Source of the DNA: a virus | Lineage: Duplodnaviria; Caudoviricetes | Virus record (IMG/VR): IMGVR_UViG_2923098224_000002 | Location: 31,541-95,540 of that record | DNA: 64,000 bases | Direction: 5' to 3' (one strand) | Shown: positions 18,263-29,093 of the stretch, in pieces | Layout: each line of letters starts with the position of its first letter | How positions within the stretch are numbered: the stretch's first letter is position 1 | Notes under the pieces: generated by a model | What the model was told of the DNA's origin: nothing | What the model saw: only the letters and a program-made list of their open reading frames with translations | Databases searched by the model: none | Translations under genes and position numbers: made by a program

Positions 18263-18817
18263 ATGGCTGGAATTAAAACGATTCAAGTTCCTATCGGCCC
18301 CGCAATCGTCGAGTACGGCGAGGGTAAGGATATGGTGACGTTTGACATCACGAAGGGCGGCATCGTTTTTAAGGCGCAGATGTCTAAGCAGGATACAACG
18401 GTCGACCAATACGGTGACTCGATTGTAGGCTCACGGACAAAGGGCGGAACTTGCGAATGTACCGTACCGTTTGCGATCTATGATTTAGAAAAGATTCATA
18501 AGGCGGTTCCGAACAGTAAGTACGTGTCTGACGGAGACAAAAAGAAGCTTGTAGTCAGCGGTAAAGCCGGATATGACTTGCTGAAGGACGCGAAGCCTTT
18601 ACGAATTAAGCCGACAGATCCAGAAGCTACGGCCAACGACTGGCTCACGATTCCGTTAGCTGGTGCGTCGACTGACATCGAATATACCTATGATTCCGAT
18701 AATGAGAGGATCGCTAACCTAACGTTTACCGGTTATCCGGACACGATGGGAGAAGGCGATCTTTTTATTATGGGCGATGAAACGGCCGGTACCTCTTCTG
18801 GCTCTGGTAGCGAATAA
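18263..18817 (+). CDS. Major tail (tube) protein
   Basis: Synteny, strong RBS, TKGG/DQYG motifs. Confidence 0.8.
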   Translation: MAGIKTIQVPIGPAIVEYGEGKDMVTFDITKGGIVFKAQMSKQDTTVDQYGDSIVGSRTKGGTCECTVPFAIYDLEKIHKAVPNSKYVSDGDKKKLVVSGKAGYDLLKDAKPLRIKPTDPEATANDWLTIPLAGASTDIEYTYDSDNERIANLTFTGYPDTMGEGDLFIMGDETAGTSSGSGSE

Positions 18818-18874
18818 CGAACGAAAGGCATCGTCGAGAGGCGGTGTCTTTTTAATTAACGAAAGGAGAGTCGC

Positions 18875-19246
18875 ATGAACATTTTCAAAAAGAAACAGGA
18901 GACTGATTCGATCCAGCTCGGTAAGTATCCGGTCGAGGTTGCGAAGCTCACTCCGGCCAAGTGGAAACAACTTTTCGCAGCACTCGATAAAATTCCGTTT
19001 CTAGTTCTGGAAGTCTTTAGCGCGCCTAAAACTGATTTCTACTCGTATTTAGTAAGCGCGATTGAAGTCGGTATGGATGAGCTCGTCGAAATTACGGCAT
19101 TATTGAGCGGCGTAGATGCCGAGTACATCCGTGAAGAAGTCGGAACGGACGAAATTATCGAGTACATCACGCTCACTGTTAAAAATAACCGTCTCGATTC
19201 GCAAGCAAAAAACGTGAAGAGCCTTCTTCCGAAACTCGAAAAGTAG
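18875..19246 (+). CDS. Tail assembly chaperone (gpG-like)
   Basis: Between tube and TMP; slippery site near 3' end. Confidence 0.8.
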   Translation: MNIFKKKQETDSIQLGKYPVEVAKLTPAKWKQLFAALDKIPFLVLEVFSAPKTDFYSYLVSAIEVGMDELVEITALLSGVDAEYIREEVGTDEIIEYITLTVKNNRLDSQAKNVKSLLPKLEK

Positions 19247-19578
19247 ACGAAGAGGGCGATCCGTATACGATTGACGATTATCTGATCGAAGCGGCGATCA
19301 GTTTAGGTGTCACGCAGTATCAAATAGAAAACGAGTTTTATATGGTGGACATACCGAAATTTGTGCGTGCCAAGACGAAGCAAGGCGCGGTAAGGCGAAT
19401 AGAAGACATTCGCGTACTTCTCGCGACGAATAGCCGGGCAAGTGAGGACGACGAGTATAAACAGCTCATGAATACGTTGATTCGGGCGGCTGGGCTTCGT
19501 CCGGAAGTGAAATTCGACCGTGAGAAATTCGAACAACTACGGGCTTTACAGGGGAATTTTCGGAAAGGAGGTAAATAG
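19207..19578 (+). CDS. -1 frameshift extension of the tail chaperone (gpGT-like)
   Basis: A AAA AAC at 19207-19213; -1 frame is open to 19578 and includes ORF 19342..19578. Confidence 0.75.
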   Translation, partial: KKREEPSSETRKVDEEGDPYTIDDYLIEAAISLGVTQYQIENEFYMVDIPKFVRAKTKQGAVRRIEDIRVLLATNSRASEDDEYKQLMNTLIRAAGLRPEVKFDREKFEQLRALQGNFRKGGK

Positions 19579-22380
19579 ATGGCCGGAACAACAGTCGGAG
19601 AAATCCGGGCGCGTCTCGTATTAGACATGGCGGACTGGTCCCGTCGATCTCAGCAAGCTCGAAGCGATATGGATCAAATGGGCCGTTCATCTGCGAATCT
19701 CTCGAAGCAAATGGGCCTCATCCAAAAGGCTTCGCTTGCGGTCGGTGGCGCAGTCGTAGCCGGTATCGGCGTTTCCGTCAAGAAAGCGGCTGACTTCGAG
19801 GAGGCCATGTCGCGAGTTAAAGCGATCAGCGGCGCGACCGGTCAGGACTTCGAAGATCTGAAGAACATCGCGGCTAAGATGGGAGCCGAAACAAAATATA
19901 CCGCAGTCGAGGCGGCCGAGGGTCTTCAATACCTCGCAATGGCGGGCTTCAGCGTAAAAGCGCAAGTCGGATCGTTGCCGGCCGTGCTTAACTTGGCGGC
20001 AGCTTCAGGCGAAGGACTCGGACGTTCAGCGGATATCGTTTCGAACATCATGACCGGCTTCGGCATTAAAGCGGAAGACTCCGGGCATGCCGTAGACGTA
20101 CTTGTAAAAGCGATGACGACGGCCAATACGGATCTGCCGCAATTAGGCGATGCAATGAAATTCGTCGCCCCTGTTGCGCACTCTCTCGGATACTCCATCG
20201 AAGATACTGCGACAGCCGTTGCGAAAATGTCAGACGCCGGTATTCAGGGATCGATGGCGGGTACGGCGCTTCGTGCGTCACTCTTACACCTTACGAATCC
20301 GGTCGGCCAGTCGGCCAAAGCGATGAAAAAGTACGGAATCGAGGTAAAGGATGCCCACGGAAATCTAAAGCCGATACCCGAACTCGTCGGCCATATTTCG
20401 AAGCAGTTCGAAGGGATGACGTCGGCGCAGAAAACGGCCGCAGCGGCACAGCTCGTCGGAGTTGAAGCGGCTTCCGGATTCGTTACGCTCTTGGGCGTCG
20501 GAGAAAAGGGACTGCGCAACTATTCGAAGACGCTGAAGGAAGCCGGCGGGACAGCGGACAAAGTAGCGAAAACGCAGATGGATAACCTCAAAGGGTCATT
20601 CGAACAGTTTACGTCTGCGCTCGACGGCCTCGGAATTGCGATCGGTAACGAGTTTTTACCTACTTTCCGAAAAATTGTCGATACCGGTACGAAGGTGGTC
20701 GAGTTCCTTAGCGAGCTGAATCCGGGAATCATTACGACAGGCCTCGAAATGGCGGGTGCGGCGGCAGCGGTGGCGCTAGTTGCGTCTTCCATGATGAAAC
20801 TCGGAATCGCAGTGCGCGGTTTGTTCGTTGCGATGGGTCCGGCCGGATGGGTGATCACCGGGCTCTCTTTATTAGCGGGAGCGCTTGTCGGGGTGAAAGC
20901 GGGATACGATCAGATGAACACCGTTAGTTTAGAGGCGGCCGAGTCGAAGCAGAAGGAAATAGATTCTATCAACAGCTTAACGAAAGAGTTCGATAAACTT
21001 CAAAATAAAACGAAGCTGACTGCCGATGAATTCGTTTACTATCTCGATTTGAATGATCGAATTAAAACGGAGACGGATGCCAATTCCATTAAACGGATGA
21101 AGGAAGAACAGGAAGAACTGCGAAAAAAATCAGGTCTTACAAATGAGGAATTTAATCGCTACTTAGATTTAAACGATAAGGTTATCGCAAAAGCTCCGGA
21201 CACTGCGGCCGCAATCAGCGAGCAAGGCAATGCCGCAGCAAAGAACACGGACGCATTAAAGCGTCTTAACAAAGAAAAAGCCGAGGAACTCCGGCTGGAG
21301 CTGGAAACCCAAAGGGCTAAAGCTGAGGCCAATATGTCTAAATATATAGCCGAAGAAGCGCGATTAAAAGAAAAAGTTAATGCGTTGACGAGAGAGCGAT
21401 CCGATTTAGAGCAGCAGGTATCTGATCAATTACAAGTTGTGGCAGCTAAAGAGAGCGAATTGGCGGCAGCTAAAGAGGCTAAAGACACAGCACGGGTGGC
21501 AATAGCTGAAAATGAGCTCAACTTAGAGCAGACAAAGTTACAGAGATTGCGCGAGCAGTTTTTTACAAATATGGAAAACCTGAGCTCTAAGAATCAAGAG
21601 CTCCAAAAGACCCGTGAGAACATCAATCAGCTAGATGTCGTTAATCAGAAAATGATCGACCTTGAGCTCCGTCAAGTTGGATTAAACGCCAAAAAGGGCG
21701 AAGGCGTTAGAGTGATCGATAAGGAGATTGGACGCTTACAAGATGCGAAGGCGAACCTTAAAAATGTTACGAATGTTGCTGATCGTAAAACGGATGAGTA
21801 CCGGAAGTCTGTTAAAGCAATTGATGACGAGATAGCAAACCTTCGTACAGCAAGAGGGCGGGTCGCGGATATTACGTCGGAAGCCCAAAGGATGAACGCT
21901 ACTCTAAGTAAGGACATCACGAAACGAATCACGACAATTACTTCGGATGTTTCTATGAAGACGGAGCGTGCCGTAAGTCGTGGAAAAGGGAACGAAGGTA
22001 CTTACCACACCGGCGGCATCATCGGCCTCGGACAGATCAATAAACTTCACATCGGCGGCCTCGCGTCTCAATTCGCTAACCCGATGAGCCACGAAGTCGA
22101 TATCCGGGCCCTGCGTAACGAAATGGTGCTTACTGAAGCGCAACAGGCGAATCTTATGCGAATGATTGACGCAGGCCACACGACGGGCCTCGGAGGAGAT
22201 TCCGGCTTATCTTCGGATATGCTGCGTGCGCTCAGTTCGATTGAGCAGGTGATTAAGACGAAGGGCGGCGCTTCTATCGTGATGGATAGTGAAGTTGTTG
22301 GCCGTATTGTAGAGCCGCACATCAGTCGCATTCAGCAGGACGGATATGATTTAGAACGGATGAGAGACGGGAGGTGGTAG
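19579..22380 (+). CDS. Tape measure protein (TP901 family)
   Basis: FEEAMSRVKAISGA, AGIQGSMAGTALR core. Confidence 0.92.
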   Translation: MAGTTVGEIRARLVLDMADWSRRSQQARSDMDQMGRSSANLSKQMGLIQKASLAVGGAVVAGIGVSVKKAADFEEAMSRVKAISGATGQDFEDLKNIAAKMGAETKYTAVEAAEGLQYLAMAGFSVKAQVGSLPAVLNLAAASGEGLGRSADIVSNIMTGFGIKAEDSGHAVDVLVKAMTTANTDLPQLGDAMKFVAPVAHSLGYSIEDTATAVAKMSDAGIQGSMAGTALRASLLHLTNPVGQSAKAMKKYGIEVKDAHGNLKPIPELVGHISKQFEGMTSAQKTAAAAQLVGVEAASGFVTLLGVGEKGLRNYSKTLKEAGGTADKVAKTQMDNLKGSFEQFTSALDGLGIAIGNEFLPTFRKIVDTGTKVVEFLSELNPGIITTGLEMAGAAAAVALVASSMMKLGIAVRGLFVAMGPAGWVITGLSLLAGALVGVKAGYDQMNTVSLEAAESKQKEIDSINSLTKEFDKLQNKTKLTADEFVYYLDLNDRIKTETDANSIKRMKEEQEELRKKSGLTNEEFNRYLDLNDKVIAKAPDTAAAISEQGNAAAKNTDALKRLNKEKAEELRLELETQRAKAEANMSKYIAEEARLKEKVNALTRERSDLEQQVSDQLQVVAAKESELAAAKEAKDTARVAIAENELNLEQTKLQRLREQFFTNMENLSSKNQELQKTRENINQLDVVNQKMIDLELRQVGLNAKKGEGVRVIDKEIGRLQDAKANLKNVTNVADRKTDEYRKSVKAIDDEIANLRTARGRVADITSEAQRMNATLSKDITKRITTITSDVSMKTERAVSRGKGNEGTYHTGGIIGLGQINKLHIGGLASQFANPMSHEVDIRALRNEMVLTEAQQANLMRMIDAGHTTGLGGDSGLSSDMLRALSSIEQVIKTKGGASIVMDSEVVGRIVEPHISRIQQDGYDLERMRDGRW

Positions 22381-22383
22381 CGT

Positions 22384-23808
22384 TTGAGTAATACAGATTT
22401 TATAAAGAAAATCGCCCCGGATGCGCAGAAGATATTTGTAAATTATAAAATCCTTGCAAGCCTTGTAATCGCGCAGGGATGTCTCGAAAGTGCGTACGGA
22501 ACCAGCGGTCTTGCCGTTAATGGAAAGAACCTTTTCGGAGTCAAGGGCGAATATAACGGAAAATACGTCATCATGAAAACGTGGGAAGTAATCAACGGAA
22601 GGAACGTTCAGGTTGACGCCAAGTTCCGAAAGTACCCGACGTGGTATGAGTCGATGCAAGACCTTGCGAAGCTTTACGTAAACGGCGTCAGTTGGGACCC
22701 AAACCATTATAAGGCGGTCGTAGGTGAGAAGAATTACAAAAAAGCGACTGCTGCGCTGGTAGACGCCGGTTATGCAACGGACCCGTCTTACGCGTCAAAG
22801 CTTAACAGAATTATTGAAACGTACAACCTGACGAAGTATGACACCGCCCCGTCTCCGTCGAATCCGTCCACTCCTTCTACGCCGGACACAAACAACCCGG
22901 CTCCGGTTGTCGTTGAAGAGCCGGAGGTATCTATCGACGTTTTTTCAAGCGTTTATACAACACCTCCATCCGGTGTCCCTATTACGGATAGCAACTTCCG
23001 GATACTTTACAAGGACGGCCGCATAATTGACATGGCTCGCGATTTATCGGTCCTTGTAAGGAGCTTCAAAATTGCATCGCCCACTCCCGATATCGATTAC
23101 GAAACGATTCCGGGAAGGGACGGCTTAGTTCGAGTAGGGAAAAACTTCGGAGCCCGAACGCTGACTGCCGAATGTCTCTTGCTCGGAGCGGATGATGTTG
23201 ATTTTCATTTATTACAAGCGGAACTCTTTCACGCGCTTCATCGCGAGGAGGAGTTCTTTTTAGTTTCGGAAGCGACGCCGAAAAAGCGATGGCGAGTCGA
23301 GTTAAGCGCATCTTTCACGCCTGACCGAATCGGCAGCTTCGGCGACTTTACGCTGACTTTCCAAAGTGCCTCGACTTATTGCGAATCAGTTGGCACAACG
23401 TTGGATGCATTTACTTTTGATGCGAACAAATGGCAGATAGGCGAAGGGCTGACGGATGATATCCCATCGTATAAACACAAGACGAAGACTTTCCGTATTT
23501 TCAATGCGGGAGCCGTCCGGCTAGATCCGAGATACATGCCTTTAAAAATTACGTATAAAGGCGCGTCTAGCAAATTGTCGATCAAAAATAGAACAACAGG
23601 CGATCTGTGGACGTTTTCCGGCACATCTGCCGCGAAGGAAGCGATTCAAATTTCCGGGGTTACTGCGAAAAAGGGGAACGTTAGCATCTTCGGGCAGACA
23701 AATTTCGGACTCATTACGTTAGAGCCCGGGTGGAATGACTTTGAGTTAAGCGGAACGAGCGGGGATTTTGAGGTCGCGTTTGATTTCAGATTCCACTATT
23801 ACGCGTAG
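22384..23808 (+). CDS. Distal tail protein with N-terminal GH73 glucosaminidase
   Basis: AQGCLES, NLFGVKG, GYATDPSY; P/S linker; IPGRDG...LEPGWN Dit motifs. Confidence 0.8.
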   Translation: MSNTDFIKKIAPDAQKIFVNYKILASLVIAQGCLESAYGTSGLAVNGKNLFGVKGEYNGKYVIMKTWEVINGRNVQVDAKFRKYPTWYESMQDLAKLYVNGVSWDPNHYKAVVGEKNYKKATAALVDAGYATDPSYASKLNRIIETYNLTKYDTAPSPSNPSTPSTPDTNNPAPVVVEEPEVSIDVFSSVYTTPPSGVPITDSNFRILYKDGRIIDMARDLSVLVRSFKIASPTPDIDYETIPGRDGLVRVGKNFGARTLTAECLLLGADDVDFHLLQAELFHALHREEEFFLVSEATPKKRWRVELSASFTPDRIGSFGDFTLTFQSASTYCESVGTTLDAFTFDANKWQIGEGLTDDIPSYKHKTKTFRIFNAGAVRLDPRYMPLKITYKGASSKLSIKNRTTGDLWTFSGTSAAKEAIQISGVTAKKGNVSIFGQTNFGLITLEPGWNDFELSGTSGDFEVAFDFRFHYYA

Positions 23809-23819
23809 GGAGGTGCACC

Positions 23820-25220
23820 ATGTCTAGTCTAATTGTAAAGAATCTCGCTAATCAGGTCGAAGCTCTAACGGACTTCAGCGTGACGAAGAAAGATGAAATC
23901 GATAACGGTAGATCTTTAGACGTATCAGTTATACAGACGGATCGGAACGCGCACTCCTTTCCACTGATTCAAAATGAAGGCTCTCTTTTTTATGAAGACG
24001 AGGAATTTGTCATCAGAAAGATGCGGTATGTTCCTATTAGTGGCAAGAGACTGAAGGTCGACATTACGGCCTTGCAACGTTCGTTTTCTGATCTCGGTGA
24101 GAATTACGTATATGAAACATCCGGGAAAAAGAAAAAACTTTACATCGAAGACATGCTGGACATCGCATTGAAAGGTTCTGGGTATTCTTACGAGATTTTA
24201 CCGGAAGGGCTAGGTGATTCGTTTGATGTAGAGGATTTTGGAAACGGCTACTCTCTCGGATTATTAAACGATATAAAGGAGAAATACTCGGCTGAATTTG
24301 AGTGCATTGGAAAGAAAGTCTATTTCGCGAAGGAGATAGCACGAGATACAGACTACATCATCCGTGACCGTGTAAATGTAAAAGACCCCTCTCAGGAAAT
24401 AGACACCTCTTCCATAAAAACGTACATTAAAGGATTCGGAAAGAAGGATGAAAAGACAGGAAAACATGCGGTGGAAGCCGAGTACACAAGTCCATTAGCC
24501 TCAGTCTATGGGATCAAGCATGCAAATCCCATTTTTGATGACTCGTACACAGCAAAGGATGAGGGAAAGCTCGAAAAACGGTTAGAAAAAGAACTGACCG
24601 ATAAAATTGAAATATCTATCAGCCTTACGTATATAGAGGTTAAACAATTAAACATGCAGGATATTCGCAAAGGCGATTATGTATGGTGCGTATTAGAGCC
24701 CTTTGATTTGAAGACGAAGCTGCGTGTAGTCAGTGTGGAGTCTTATTCAGATCCTAAAAAGTCTCCGGTTTTTACTTTCGGAAAGGTTCGGGCGAATATC
24801 AAAAAAACAACTGCTAAATTAGGGCGGGGACAAAGCTCCGTCTCTAAGCTTATCGATACGTCGACCGGAAAGGTGAAAGGCAGCGCCATAAGCGGAAACA
24901 TAACTATCGGAAAAGACGCGATTTACGAAGACGGCTACGATCCGACAAAGCTGACGATTCCTACGTACGGCCGGGCAAACGCAACAACGGACGGGCTTAT
25001 GAGCTCGTCGGACTACGTGAAGCTGGCGAGTATCGTATTAGGGCCTGACGGTCAAGTTTCTGTCTCGCTGGCTACCGAAACAACGGACGGATTAATGAGC
25101 GCATCTGACTTCGCAAAGCTGAAGCGCATCAAGGTCGGTACGGCTACGGTGGATATATCGACACTTTCGCAACAGCTCGAATCTATAAACAAGCGCCTGA
25201 CCGCGCTGGAGAATAAATAA
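23820..25220 (+). CDS. Tal/baseplate hub (prophage tail endopeptidase family)
   Basis: TYIKGFG, YTSPLA..YG motifs; two DGLMS..D..KL repeats. Confidence 0.75.
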   Translation: MSSLIVKNLANQVEALTDFSVTKKDEIDNGRSLDVSVIQTDRNAHSFPLIQNEGSLFYEDEEFVIRKMRYVPISGKRLKVDITALQRSFSDLGENYVYETSGKKKKLYIEDMLDIALKGSGYSYEILPEGLGDSFDVEDFGNGYSLGLLNDIKEKYSAEFECIGKKVYFAKEIARDTDYIIRDRVNVKDPSQEIDTSSIKTYIKGFGKKDEKTGKHAVEAEYTSPLASVYGIKHANPIFDDSYTAKDEGKLEKRLEKELTDKIEISISLTYIEVKQLNMQDIRKGDYVWCVLEPFDLKTKLRVVSVESYSDPKKSPVFTFGKVRANIKKTTAKLGRGQSSVSKLIDTSTGKVKGSAISGNITIGKDAIYEDGYDPTKLTIPTYGRANATTDGLMSSSDYVKLASIVLGPDGQVSVSLATETTDGLMSASDFAKLKRIKVGTATVDISTLSQQLESINKRLTALENK

Positions 25221-25234
25221 CGAGGAGGAATACA

Positions 25235-27799
25235 ATGCCGAAATTTCCGTACAGAAAGGCCGGGGCAGCGTGGGACCGTGTTTTTCGTAACGACCACAAC
25301 CAGAACCTCGATGACATTGCGGACGATATTAAAGGGTCATATGCGGAACTGGCCGCACATAAGAACGCTAAAACCGCCCACACGTCGGATCAAATCGACC
25401 ACGGCGGTTTTTCTTTGCGTAATTATATCGATGGCTTATACAACCGCATAAAAAATCTCATTCTTAATGCCGACGGGACAAATGTAAAAGAAGTAGTGGA
25501 CGCCCGTGTTAATGCTGATGGGGAAATTGCCCCACTGTTGAAAGAGCGTCTTGATAAGGAATATAACAAACTTCTACGTAAGATCACCAGAAACGTTAAC
25601 GTAGACGACTACGGGGCCGACCCAACCGGAGAGACAGACAGCACAGAAGCATTCAAAAGAGCGATCGGAAACGGAAAGGTGCGGCTCAATCTATCAGCCG
25701 GAGAATACGTGATAAGGGGCGTAAAGCTGCCGTCATGGACATATTTGATCGGCCAGGGCATGGGCGTCACCACGCTAAAACTGCACGAGGACACGCCGGC
25801 CAGTGAGTGGGTTGTCACAAATGCTGATCATGCGAAAGGCAACCGGAATATCGTTGTGGAAGGTATGTCGCTTGACTGGAATCCTGATCGTCAGGGCGGC
25901 GTAGGCGCAACCGGAGGTGTACATTCAAGCTGTCTTCTTTTCGCACAAGTAAAGTTTGGTATTGCGCGCGGCGTTGAAGGCATTAATCCCGGCTTACATT
26001 GTTTTGATGTATCAGCGCCTTCTTATGACATTACAGCAAAAGATTACACGGCAACGGGGAGCAAATATATTTGGATCGACAAGTGTGTCGGTTCGGGGTA
26101 TGGTGATGACGGCATTACGACCCATTACAGCGAGTATATTTTCATCACAAATAATGTGATGACGAACCCCCGCGGCACTGCACACCGTAAAGGGGGAGCC
26201 AATTCAAACGGAATTGAAGTGGACGACGGCTCTAAGCATGTCTGGGTTATAGATAATTATACAGAGGGGAATGTGCGGGGCGTAGAAGTAAAAGCCCACA
26301 AGAAATGGCCGGCACCTTGTGACGTTCATATCCGCGGCCACGAATCTTTTCGTGACGTTCGCTCATTTGATTTACGGCATATTGATCACCATCTTGTAAA
26401 AGACCCTTGGAGCGAGACGGCTCGTGATGTGACGTTAGTAGATTGCACATCCCGGGAACCCGTCTATAATTCGCTTTATGAAGGATTAGCTCCGAAAGCC
26501 CTTGTCGTTTCGGCGTACCAGCGTGTTCAGATTATCGGATTCAAAGCCATAGGTGATCCAACATATGATTACAAAGACGGCTCGATCGTTGCTTTCCAGT
26601 ATAAGAGTAGGAAGATAACAGTAAACAACTTGCATATAACCGGATTTAAAAAGGCTGATTGTGACATCTATATTACCGGCGGCGATCAGATGACTGACGA
26701 CGTGTTTATTTCTGATTTTGTTATCCATGATTCCGCAAGAACCGGCATCGCGATAGGGGGTGGCGTATATAATGTCAACTTGTTAAATGGCCTTATGCAT
26801 GTGGCAAGCGGAACGGCCGGCATTACATCCCCGAACACCCAGACCAATATTTTTCTTGTCAGAGCTTACGGCTATAAAGATGCGGCTGTCCTTGCCGGAG
26901 AAAAACATTCAGTCGTTCCGAATAACGTCAAGGGAGGCTTTCGAGCAGCTTCCAGCTCAGGACATGCACTTACGAAATACAGTGCGATTATTGCGTGTAC
27001 GGGGCCGACGTACGCGAAAGGTGAGCGCAACCTGCTTGCAGGAAACGCCGGCGGCTCTTCCTCGGAAGGATCGCGCAACGGCGTCATGTTTTCATACGAT
27101 TCTCATACAACAGGAGACGGGCCGTCCTCGGGTGTCATGTTCTCGAAGGCTACCAAGAATAGTAAATCTTACACATTGGCTTTAGGCCATGGAAACGGCA
27201 AAGCCTCGGAAGCCAACAAAAAAATTGAATTAAACGCAAAGAATGGAACAGTCAAGGCTACTGGCGCAATAGAAAGTGTATCGAATTTAAAAGACTTGGC
27301 GGAGTATTTTGAATCAGCTGACGGAGCAAAGATAGAGGCATCTTATCTTGTAGCGTTAGAGGGGGACAAAATCCGAAAAGCGCAAGAAGGCGACAAGATA
27401 CTCGGGGTCGTTTCTAAGACTGCCGGCGTTGTGCTTGGCGGAGCTGCCTTCTATTGGAATGATCGTTTTCTTCGTGATGAATTTGGCGGCATTATCTACC
27501 GGGAAGTATTTGACGGTGAGGACATCATTACGATTCCAGCTGAGAACCCGAACTATGATCCGGAAGCTGAGTACAAGCCACGAGAGGAACGAGACGAGTG
27601 GCATATTATTGGATTGATTGGTCAAGTGTTTGTGCGCGTTGATGATACCGTTAACGTCGGTGACAGTGTTTCAGCAGTTGACGGCATCGCGACAAAGGCG
27701 GAAAGCGGCGGATACGGAACTGTGATGAGATTTGAATCCCCGTACGATGCGGAAAAAGGATACGGTGTGGCGCAAATGATGGTTACACCGCAGCACTAA
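25235..27799 (+). CDS. Tail spike/receptor-binding protein, beta-helix with C-terminal peptidase G2 chaperone (phi29 gp12-like)
   Basis: NVDDYGADPTG..DST.AF; DLAEYFE; GLIGQV. Confidence 0.85.
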   Translation: MPKFPYRKAGAAWDRVFRNDHNQNLDDIADDIKGSYAELAAHKNAKTAHTSDQIDHGGFSLRNYIDGLYNRIKNLILNADGTNVKEVVDARVNADGEIAPLLKERLDKEYNKLLRKITRNVNVDDYGADPTGETDSTEAFKRAIGNGKVRLNLSAGEYVIRGVKLPSWTYLIGQGMGVTTLKLHEDTPASEWVVTNADHAKGNRNIVVEGMSLDWNPDRQGGVGATGGVHSSCLLFAQVKFGIARGVEGINPGLHCFDVSAPSYDITAKDYTATGSKYIWIDKCVGSGYGDDGITTHYSEYIFITNNVMTNPRGTAHRKGGANSNGIEVDDGSKHVWVIDNYTEGNVRGVEVKAHKKWPAPCDVHIRGHESFRDVRSFDLRHIDHHLVKDPWSETARDVTLVDCTSREPVYNSLYEGLAPKALVVSAYQRVQIIGFKAIGDPTYDYKDGSIVAFQYKSRKITVNNLHITGFKKADCDIYITGGDQMTDDVFISDFVIHDSARTGIAIGGGVYNVNLLNGLMHVASGTAGITSPNTQTNIFLVRAYGYKDAAVLAGEKHSVVPNNVKGGFRAASSSGHALTKYSAIIACTGPTYAKGERNLLAGNAGGSSSEGSRNGVMFSYDSHTTGDGPSSGVMFSKATKNSKSYTLALGHGNGKASEANKKIELNAKNGTVKATGAIESVSNLKDLAEYFESADGAKIEASYLVALEGDKIRKAQEGDKILGVVSKTAGVVLGGAAFYWNDRFLRDEFGGIIYREVFDGEDIITIPAENPNYDPEAEYKPREERDEWHIIGLIGQVFVRVDDTVNVGDSVSAVDGIATKAESGGYGTVMRFESPYDAEKGYGVAQMMVTPQH

Positions 27800-27815
27800 G
27801 GAGGGATAAGAGACG

Positions 27816-29093
27816 ATGTATAAAACGGGCAGCGTGCCGATCAACATTAATACAAATCCAATCAATGGCCGGAGTACAAATATACAATTTATGACGCAAG
27901 ACACGGGCAGCGCAAAGCTGTTTTTTTCTTTTACAAAGGATGGTGTACCGTTGCCTCTGTCAGCCGTAGATGCAAAAATTGTCCTACTGTATGATGATGG
28001 ATCGTTTTATAAAAAGAGCCTCACCATCACTGACAAGGTAAACGGCACAGCGGAATATGTGTTGTCCAATGCAGAACTCAAGCATTACGGAACGGTTAAG
28101 GCGGAAATCAAACTATATTACACGAACGGCCAAGCGCTGGCGACTTCATTTTTTACTTTCTCTATCGCCAAAACGTTAGAGGATCAGAACATCGTTCCGA
28201 CAGCTGACTATTACATTGATGATTTTGAAACGCTGAGAGATGGGATAAACCACATTGTCGAAGAAATCAGTCAGACTGTCGAGGAATTACAGAAGAAATT
28301 TGCCGATCTGGAAGCTATTGAAACGAAAGAGGGCGCGCAGCAGAAGGCGGATGATGCAGAGGAAAAGGCCAGAGCTTATACGGATGAACATGCGAATGAC
28401 GAAGAAAAGCACATTACAGCTGCCGAAAGAAAGGCGTGGAATGCCAAGGAAACTCCCTCCGGCGCGCAAAAGAAAGTAGACGCCCATGCGAACGATCAAG
28501 AAAAGCATGTTTCTTCAGCAGATCGGAAGGCTTGGGACAGTAAAGAAACAGAAAGCGGGGCGCAAGAGAAGGTAAATACTCACGCCAATAATACGGACAT
28601 TCATGTTACCAAACCTTTCAAAGATACATTAGAAGAATTATCAAAGCTGTTCACAGCGGGTTTTAAAGATGAACTGGAAGAATTATTACGTCAGTTCACG
28701 GCCCATAATTACAACCAAGAACGACATATTTCTAAAGCTGAACGGAAGACATGGAACGGAGCTGCCACCTATGCCAACATCATGCTGAAGAATGGAGCCG
28801 CCGCAGGGACGCGGACACCGATGTACGCAAAGTGGGGGGCGTTTTTAATCTTACGGGGGCATGTGAAAACAGACGCCGAAATTATATTCGGCTCCATCCC
28901 CGCGGAATACGCACCTGCTGGCGGTTCCGTTATAACAGTGCCGTTAAGTGGTACAGGCGGCACAGCCGATTTGATCATTTATGATAATGGGGATTTAAAA
29001 ATAAAATACCCGGACCCGGCGGACTCAAGTAAGATGGGCGGAGGCTACTATCTGGATGTGGTCGTCGGCTTTCAGGAAGGAGGGACAGCATGA
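27816..29093 (+). CDS. BppU-like (DUF2479) baseplate/fiber protein
   Basis: QFMTQDTGSAKL N-terminus; ~32-aa HxxxxERKAW repeats. Confidence 0.75.
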   Translation: MYKTGSVPININTNPINGRSTNIQFMTQDTGSAKLFFSFTKDGVPLPLSAVDAKIVLLYDDGSFYKKSLTITDKVNGTAEYVLSNAELKHYGTVKAEIKLYYTNGQALATSFFTFSIAKTLEDQNIVPTADYYIDDFETLRDGINHIVEEISQTVEELQKKFADLEAIETKEGAQQKADDAEEKARAYTDEHANDEEKHITAAERKAWNAKETPSGAQKKVDAHANDQEKHVSSADRKAWDSKETESGAQEKVNTHANNTDIHVTKPFKDTLEELSKLFTAGFKDELEELLRQFTAHNYNQERHISKAERKTWNGAATYANIMLKNGAAAGTRTPMYAKWGAFLILRGHVKTDAEIIFGSIPAEYAPAGGSVITVPLSGTGGTADLIIYDNGDLKIKYPDPADSSKMGGGYYLDVVVGFQEGGTA

